A DNA stretch of 62,813 nt, counting the filler, from Choristocarpus tenellus KU-1152 (lineage: Eukaryota > Protista > Phaeophyceae): NCBI GenBank assembly GCA_964200185.2. It is 11 parts of 11 records of this genome, joined end to end, with 100 filler letters (N's around TTAATTAATTAA, not from the genome) between each part and the next. Parts side by side here need not be neighbours in the genome. Positions count along the whole stretch, not along the records: positions 50,334 to 57,359 come from CAXNAD020006829.1; positions 57,460 to 62,813 come from CAXNAD020011061.1; 9 more parts are not named here. One strand, 5' to 3'. The translations under genes were made by a program, and so were the position numbers. Under the pieces are notes generated by a model. That model worked only from the letters and a program-made list of their open reading frames with translations, made no database searches and was not told the DNA's origin. Of this stretch, positions 57,201 through 62,813 are shown piece by piece. Each line of letters opens with the position of its first letter. Positions within the stretch are counted from its first letter, which is position 1.

Positions 57201-58719
57201 GCTGCGAGGGTATGGTGGCTGAGGCTTTGCCTGTGTTTGCACTCTTGGACCTTCATTATGTACAATCCCGAGCTTACTTCGGTGAAGCTGTACGCATTTT
57301 TGTCACTTCCCAGGAACACTTTTTTGGGGTATATGAGGCTCAACGTATCTGGGGGGGGGNNNNNNNNNNNNNNNNNNNNNNNNNNNNNNNNNNNNNNNNN
57401 NNNTTAATTAATTAANNNNNNNNNNNNNNNNNNNNNNNNNNNNNNNNNNNNNNNNNNNNGTGAAGGGGTTCGCACTGGTTGGTCATCAGATGGAAGGGGT
57501 GACTGGAAACCAGTGACAAAGGGGATTTGTTACAGGCTCCCCTCGATGCCCACCTTTCCAGGATATACAAGTCAAGGCTAACTCCCTGGTTTTCAAATGT
57601 CAGCTCAGCAAAACAGGGGTACTCTTAATTGAATCAATCGATATAAAATGTATATAAAGTTTTGTATCAGTTTTAAGAGTGTCATGTGTGGGTCTCTCTG
57701 TTAGGTCAGCATAACTCTTCATTTGCGTTTTTAGAGGGGTTTTCGGGATCGTCAATGCTGGTACATATCTCAGAACCCTTTCCGACCATTCATTCATGAC
57801 CCTCTGCAACTACCCGAGTTACAGTTTCTTCTGCAACTTTTAGGCAAATCGGAGTTCCCCCTTTTGGGGTTCCCCACGCGCGTATATTGCTCGCGCTGGT
57901 TAAAACGTGGGAAGAAATACTCACGCTATTCACCTCTAACATGCCCCCCAGCATGAACTAGGTATACATGTTTCACGCTTATCATAGGCGATTGTCACCG
58001 AGTAAGACGATAGATATTACCTGTCACTTCAGGTCACGCTGTAGCAGCATGAGTTGGTTGCCATCACACAAAAGAGAGGCTCCAGTTCCAACGTGTCAGT
58101 TGTTTCCAACCCAGGGACCTCGGTTCCAAACTCCAGATAGTTCCAACTAATGATTTGACATATCTCCCAGTTTCTTCTCGAGTTTATTTCCTCGAAAGTA
58201 TTAAGACACAGTCAGAATCAATAAGTGTCTGAGCTAATCAAATTATATATTTTTATTTTAAATATGTACCTTCAACTAGGTCCAAAATCGATCAACACAA
58301 ATGCATGTTTCTCTTGGGATAATTTATCGTAAGAGGTACAGAATATGACTTGCTCTTTCTAAAACATCTTCAAACATTGCACGGTATACATCTCTGACAT
58401 GGCCTAAAATGAATGGGACCCCAGTTCCGATCGCCTTAATCATAAATCTGATTTATCTCCACAATTCTTTTTAAAAGAGTTCATCCACAAGGTCATAGGA
58501 TACACTCTTATTCAAATTGTGTCTCCCTAAACTAGATATACACGTTCTTTTGGACTGAATAACATAAAGGAAAAAATAAGAAAATCCAAAAATAAAAATA
58601 TAGAATAATGTATCCTACACGTTTACTACAAGTGATTGTTATTGGTGAATACAATAGACATCATCAATCGCCTCAAATCATCCTTTAGCAGGGAGAAGGA
58701 AACAAAAAATATGCCAAGC

Positions 58720-59001
58720 TTCTACTAGGCAAAAAAAAATAGGAATCCTTATCCTTATTGGGGAAATCTGTCTGTGTCTAGCCTAATTCTGAGGATATAT
58801 TCATTCCTTTAAGGTACAGCTTTCCTAGAGTGCCAAGTATCATCTGGTCATTGCCGAAAATATTCCCAACTCCTACTAGGCCTAAACATGTATCCCTATC
58901 TTACTTGAGGGAATCTGTCTGCGTCAAGTCTAATCTAAGTATACATTTGCTCTTCCTAAAGTACAGCTTCCTTAAGGTGCTGAGTATCATCTGATTATTG
59001 C
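58720..59001. repeat. Diverged tandem duplication of about 140 bp
   Basis: CTACTAGGC...AATCTGTCTG...GTACAGCTT...GTATCATCTG..ATTGCC present twice. Confidence 0.7.
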
Positions 59002-59883
59002 CTGCGTCATGCCCCCCAGCACGAAGCATTCTGACAACTACTAGTGTGTAAAACAGGCAATAACATCAACATTAGCGCCCAAAATAAATAAAATAAAACA
59101 AAAAATAGAGGATACAAAGGACAGAAAAGAAAGAATTGAAGTTATGGCATAGTAAGGGTGAAAGGGGGTACCTGGTCTGATAGGAAGGGAGAAAGAAAAA
59201 AAAAAAGAAAAAAAAAATAGCAAAGTAAAAATAAAGAAAAGTAAAGAAAAAATGAATGAAAGCTTCCTATGAAAGTTACGGTCTGGTCTGATATGGGTTA
59301 CTTCATATTTCTGACTTCTGCTATCCTGTGTTCCATGCAGGGACTACCTGCTCCATGCTTTCTACAGGCAATAATCATTATCTGGATAATAAATATCCAT
59401 CACCTTAGATCATGTGTCAGTGGCATGCATAATTACCATATGGTAACCTAGGGGCTTCAGTTCAGACTCTGCCCGCTTTCTCTGACATAGGCACTCCAGT
59501 TCCAAATTGACCCATGGATTCCAACAATGATCAACAATTATCTGGTTTCCTTCGAGAACAGATCCTTAAAGGTCGTAAGGCAGAGTCAAGATCAGTGTAT
59601 GTCTGACCAGATAAAGGTATATACTTTTATTATAAGAACATATATATAACTCCGACTAGCCTCAAAACATGTCGACAAATATCCTTGTCTACCCTGGGAA
59701 AAATTTTCGAGGTCACAGAGTAACATTAGAGTCAGATTGTCCCTGGCCTAGTCCGAGTATAGCTTTTTTCTTTTGAACTGGACCTTCAAAAGTTACAAAA
59801 TACATGCCTATGATTAAGCATACAATTCGTGTATTTTTCAGTCTAATCTTCCCGGTTATATAAATGTGAGTGCTATCAAGGAT

Positions 59884-60390
59884 GAGTGAAAGTATCTTAG
59901 AGAGTACGAGTTTTGCCCTGTTTGTCCATTTGGACCTTGGTTCCCCATGGATGTTTTTAAGGCATTTTCCCACTCCAAAGTGTTTCAGAGTAGGTAAAAT
60001 GTGTATGTTATGAAAAGGTGTGTCTGAAATAAGAATATTGACACTTTCTAACAACACCATAGCCAATTTTTCATCAAAATCGCAACAACGGATTTTGACC
60101 TCCAAATGGACGTTTTCCTGCGTTCTAAGATGAGTGAAAGTATCTTAGAGGGTACGAGTTTTGCCCTGTTTGTCCATTTGGGCCTTGACTTCCCATGGGG
60201 TTTTTTATGACATTTTCCTACTCCAAAATGTTTCAGAGTAGGCAAAATGTATACGTTATGAAATGGTGTGTCTGGAATAAGGATATTGACAATTCATAGC
60301 AAACACGATAGCCAAAATTACATCAAAATCACAACATTGGATTGTAGCCCCCAAATGGACACGGCTCTACCCTCTAAGATACTTTAGCTC
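59884..60390 (+). mobile_element. Head-to-tail pair of MITE family A copies
   Basis: Copy 1 59884-60131 is truncated within its right TIR at CTAAGAT; copy 2 60132-60390 is complete. Confidence 0.9.
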
Positions 60391-61679
60391 GAAGGGAAGA
60401 AAAAAGAAAAGGAAAAGTCAGTAAATAAGGAGGGCAACAACTATGAAAAGAAAATGAAATTCAAAATCAGGGGGTGATGGGATGAGAACTAAAAATAAAT
60501 AACGTTAGAAAACATGAGATTCAAGATCACGGAAAGTTGTTACAAAATTAAAAATTAAAAAGTAGTGAGTTCAGTGTTTATATTTCCAAGCACTTCAACC
60601 TTTACAACCAATGTATACGACTGTGTGCTCCAATGTGGGCAGCTTCATTTTAACTTCTGCTGTCTCACATTCCTCTCGGTTACTTACAATATTCAATGCT
60701 TTAATCTCTTGTTCTAGCATGTACCAGCTGAACCTTACCTTGTTCCTCAGGCATACGGTTGTTACCTGCTAAAAAGGTTTTCTTGAGGAGGAACTCGTTT
60801 CTCTCCTGCCGAACTCCTCCTTGCCTCCGTCCTTCAACCATAACCTCCAGTGGGGTGACTTGAACTCAAAAACTGGACCTTCTCCTACCAATCTCTTCAC
60901 CTTTTATCGATCAAAATGTTTGACACTAGTACCAATAGGGAAGAGACGTAACACATCCTCTCGAGGCAAGAGTTGTTCTTGGGTGGGAACATTAGCTGGG
61001 CATGGTCTTGTGTTAGGGTTGTGAAGGTCCTAGGAGGCATGATAAACATCCAACTGTAGTAAGGTAAAGCTGTTCCTTTCTTCTGTTTAGCTACGTAGCC
61101 TGACAACTATCCATCTTAGAAGTTCCCTTTGCCCTACAATTACATTTGCTAAGGTCTGACAAGGGTACATTGTTACTGCTCGATCTAGGTGTTGGAATGT
61201 TGACAAAAGGTGACATGGCAGGGCATATGTCGATACTTGGGTAGTACCATAGGCCGGTGTCATGGTAAATATTATCGAGGTGGAAACTGAAGTCTAAATG
61301 TCTATAGATTGAATGACATGACTGGAAACTCAGACTCCATGGTGTAACTTCAAGACGACTCTGCAGCGTCAGAATCGGTTGGGCTTCTCGCGAATAGAGA
61401 AGGGAGTTTCGAGTATTGCATCGCTGCTAGGTATCTGAGGTTCGTTTCTATTAAGCCTACTATCGTACGAGACACTGCAGTAGATTGAGTACCAGGAGGT
61501 CCTTGGTGGGTCACCGAAAGGTGTGAGTTGATTACTCTGGGAACTAACGAGTGTCATTACGTACACCTGCACTTGTCAGTTATAGACGTGAAGCAGTCTT
61601 GACTACAGGCATGATTAAAGCAAACTTGGTGCGCATTTAGCCATATGTTGACTTCGTTTTGTGGAGGTAGAAGATGGAG

Positions 61680-62726
61680 GTAAGCCTTTGCGCAAATCGT
61701 GCCGACTTCTATCGTTTGTCCTTTGTGGCTAAACCAGGTGGGGATCAAAGCACAGACTGGGGAACGGATGTAGCTGATCGAACGGGTTTTGGTGCCTTGC
61801 TTGTTTTGGGAACGAACAAGGTACTGTGCTTGCTGGGAACGGAAGAAGGTTGGGTATTTATGGCTGCACAGACAACGTGCGAGGGCTTCAGGGTTAAAAC
61901 AGGTTGAAGCATCAGTGCAAGGGCTGCCAGTACACGGTTGACAACTTCTCTGTATAAAATAAGATTGGCTTGTTCCTTTTCGTGCATGGAAATCCGGTTG
62001 TGGCGATATAGTCCTTGTTTCTGCCTGACGATCAGGGTTTCGACTAAGGCAGCGCAAGTGTGTGACATGCTAGCAAACAAGCGCATCTACCACCTAGCCA
62101 AAACGATGTAAATCTCCACCTTGTAAAATGTAGGTTTTGCAGCATTTTTGATTAGCTGGGATAAATCGGTCACTTCCATTGAATAACTCTTTTATGAAAT
62201 CAATAATCCGTTACGGTTTAATTCGACGGTTTTCTACCTCGCTCCCAAAGGATTACTCTTCGAAAATCCTAGTAGGTGAATTTGGCTTCTAATCTATAGA
62301 GAAATAATACAATACATAGTATATTAGGGAAGAGAGGTTAATTTGCTATGGGCAGGGGAGTTGGGCTTGTTTGTACAAATCAACGAGTTGTTCGTCATCT
62401 ATATACTTCCCCCCAAACGAACCTTGCATATATGGGGCATTCTCAAGTCTACCTTATACGCCCAATAGAGGAAAGCTAGGTTATGGCCGCAGCCTTCCGC
62501 GTCACACCATTCTCTCTCTTAAAAAAAAAAAACATGGCAACCTTGACCACCATCGTCGGCTGGCCACCTAAAAAAAGGGTGTATCCTCTCACCGAAATAT
62601 GAACCCATCTGTTGCCGTAACATCGTCTTAACGGACCTGTAAGAGTTGTCCTTTGATGCGTGGGACGTCGATTGCAGACAGAGCACCTGAAAGGACCGAT
62701 GTGTGTCCTAACAAAGTCGTGCAAAA
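61680..62726. repeat. Dispersed ~1.1-kb repeat, copy 2
   Basis: Homolog of 51008-52110; cut at 62727 by a family B/C element. Confidence 0.9.
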
Positions 62727-62813
62727 GGGTCAAAGTATCTGGGGGGGGGGTGTCGGCGTCCGTTTTTCACCCTATTATCGAATTTTACTTTTTTGGTGTG
62801 ATTTGGTTGCACG
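62727..62813 (+). mobile_element. Poly-G-TIR MITE (family B/C) terminus
   Basis: GGGTCAAAGTATCT-polyG-TGTCGGCGTCCG; reverse-complement match to 4970-5061. Confidence 0.8.

Noticed and set aside
62479-62495. GGTTATGGCCGCAG as a copia PBS
   Set aside because: It is internal to the 1.1-kb repeat, not preceded by CA, and diverged in the other copy.

Overview
Repeat-rich eukaryotic nuclear DNA, most likely from an ochrophyte stramenopile (brown-alga-like). That assignment is inferred from TTAGGG repeats, long spliceosomal introns and the style of the SRP54, CDC48 and copia sequences. The window is 11 contigs joined by ten 100-bp N...TTAATTAATTAA...N linkers, so adjacency across gaps is unproven. 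Host genes I could reconstruct: a complete 3-exon gene for a 150-aa probably mitochondrial protein (12815-14164, minus), the last four exons of a CDC48/p97 AAA ATPase (30643-33898, plus, with a GC-AG intron), six internal exons of SRP54 (35960-39990, plus), and two orphan in-phase exons that may be UFL1-like. The rest is a transposon graveyard: an intron-containing hAT transposase pseudogene, Ty1/copia gag, integrase and PBS remnants, and a CRE-like non-LTR reverse transcriptase next to a degenerate tRNA-Met. There are also minisatellites and interstitial telomere repeats. The most distinctive structure is a set of related ~180-260 bp MITE families with GAG/GG termini and mostly 4-bp TSDs (Sola2-like). 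In two of them a subterminal GTCCAT box sits 31 bp from one end and about 41 bp from the other, one helical turn apart. No CRISPR, rRNA or intact autonomous element was seen.
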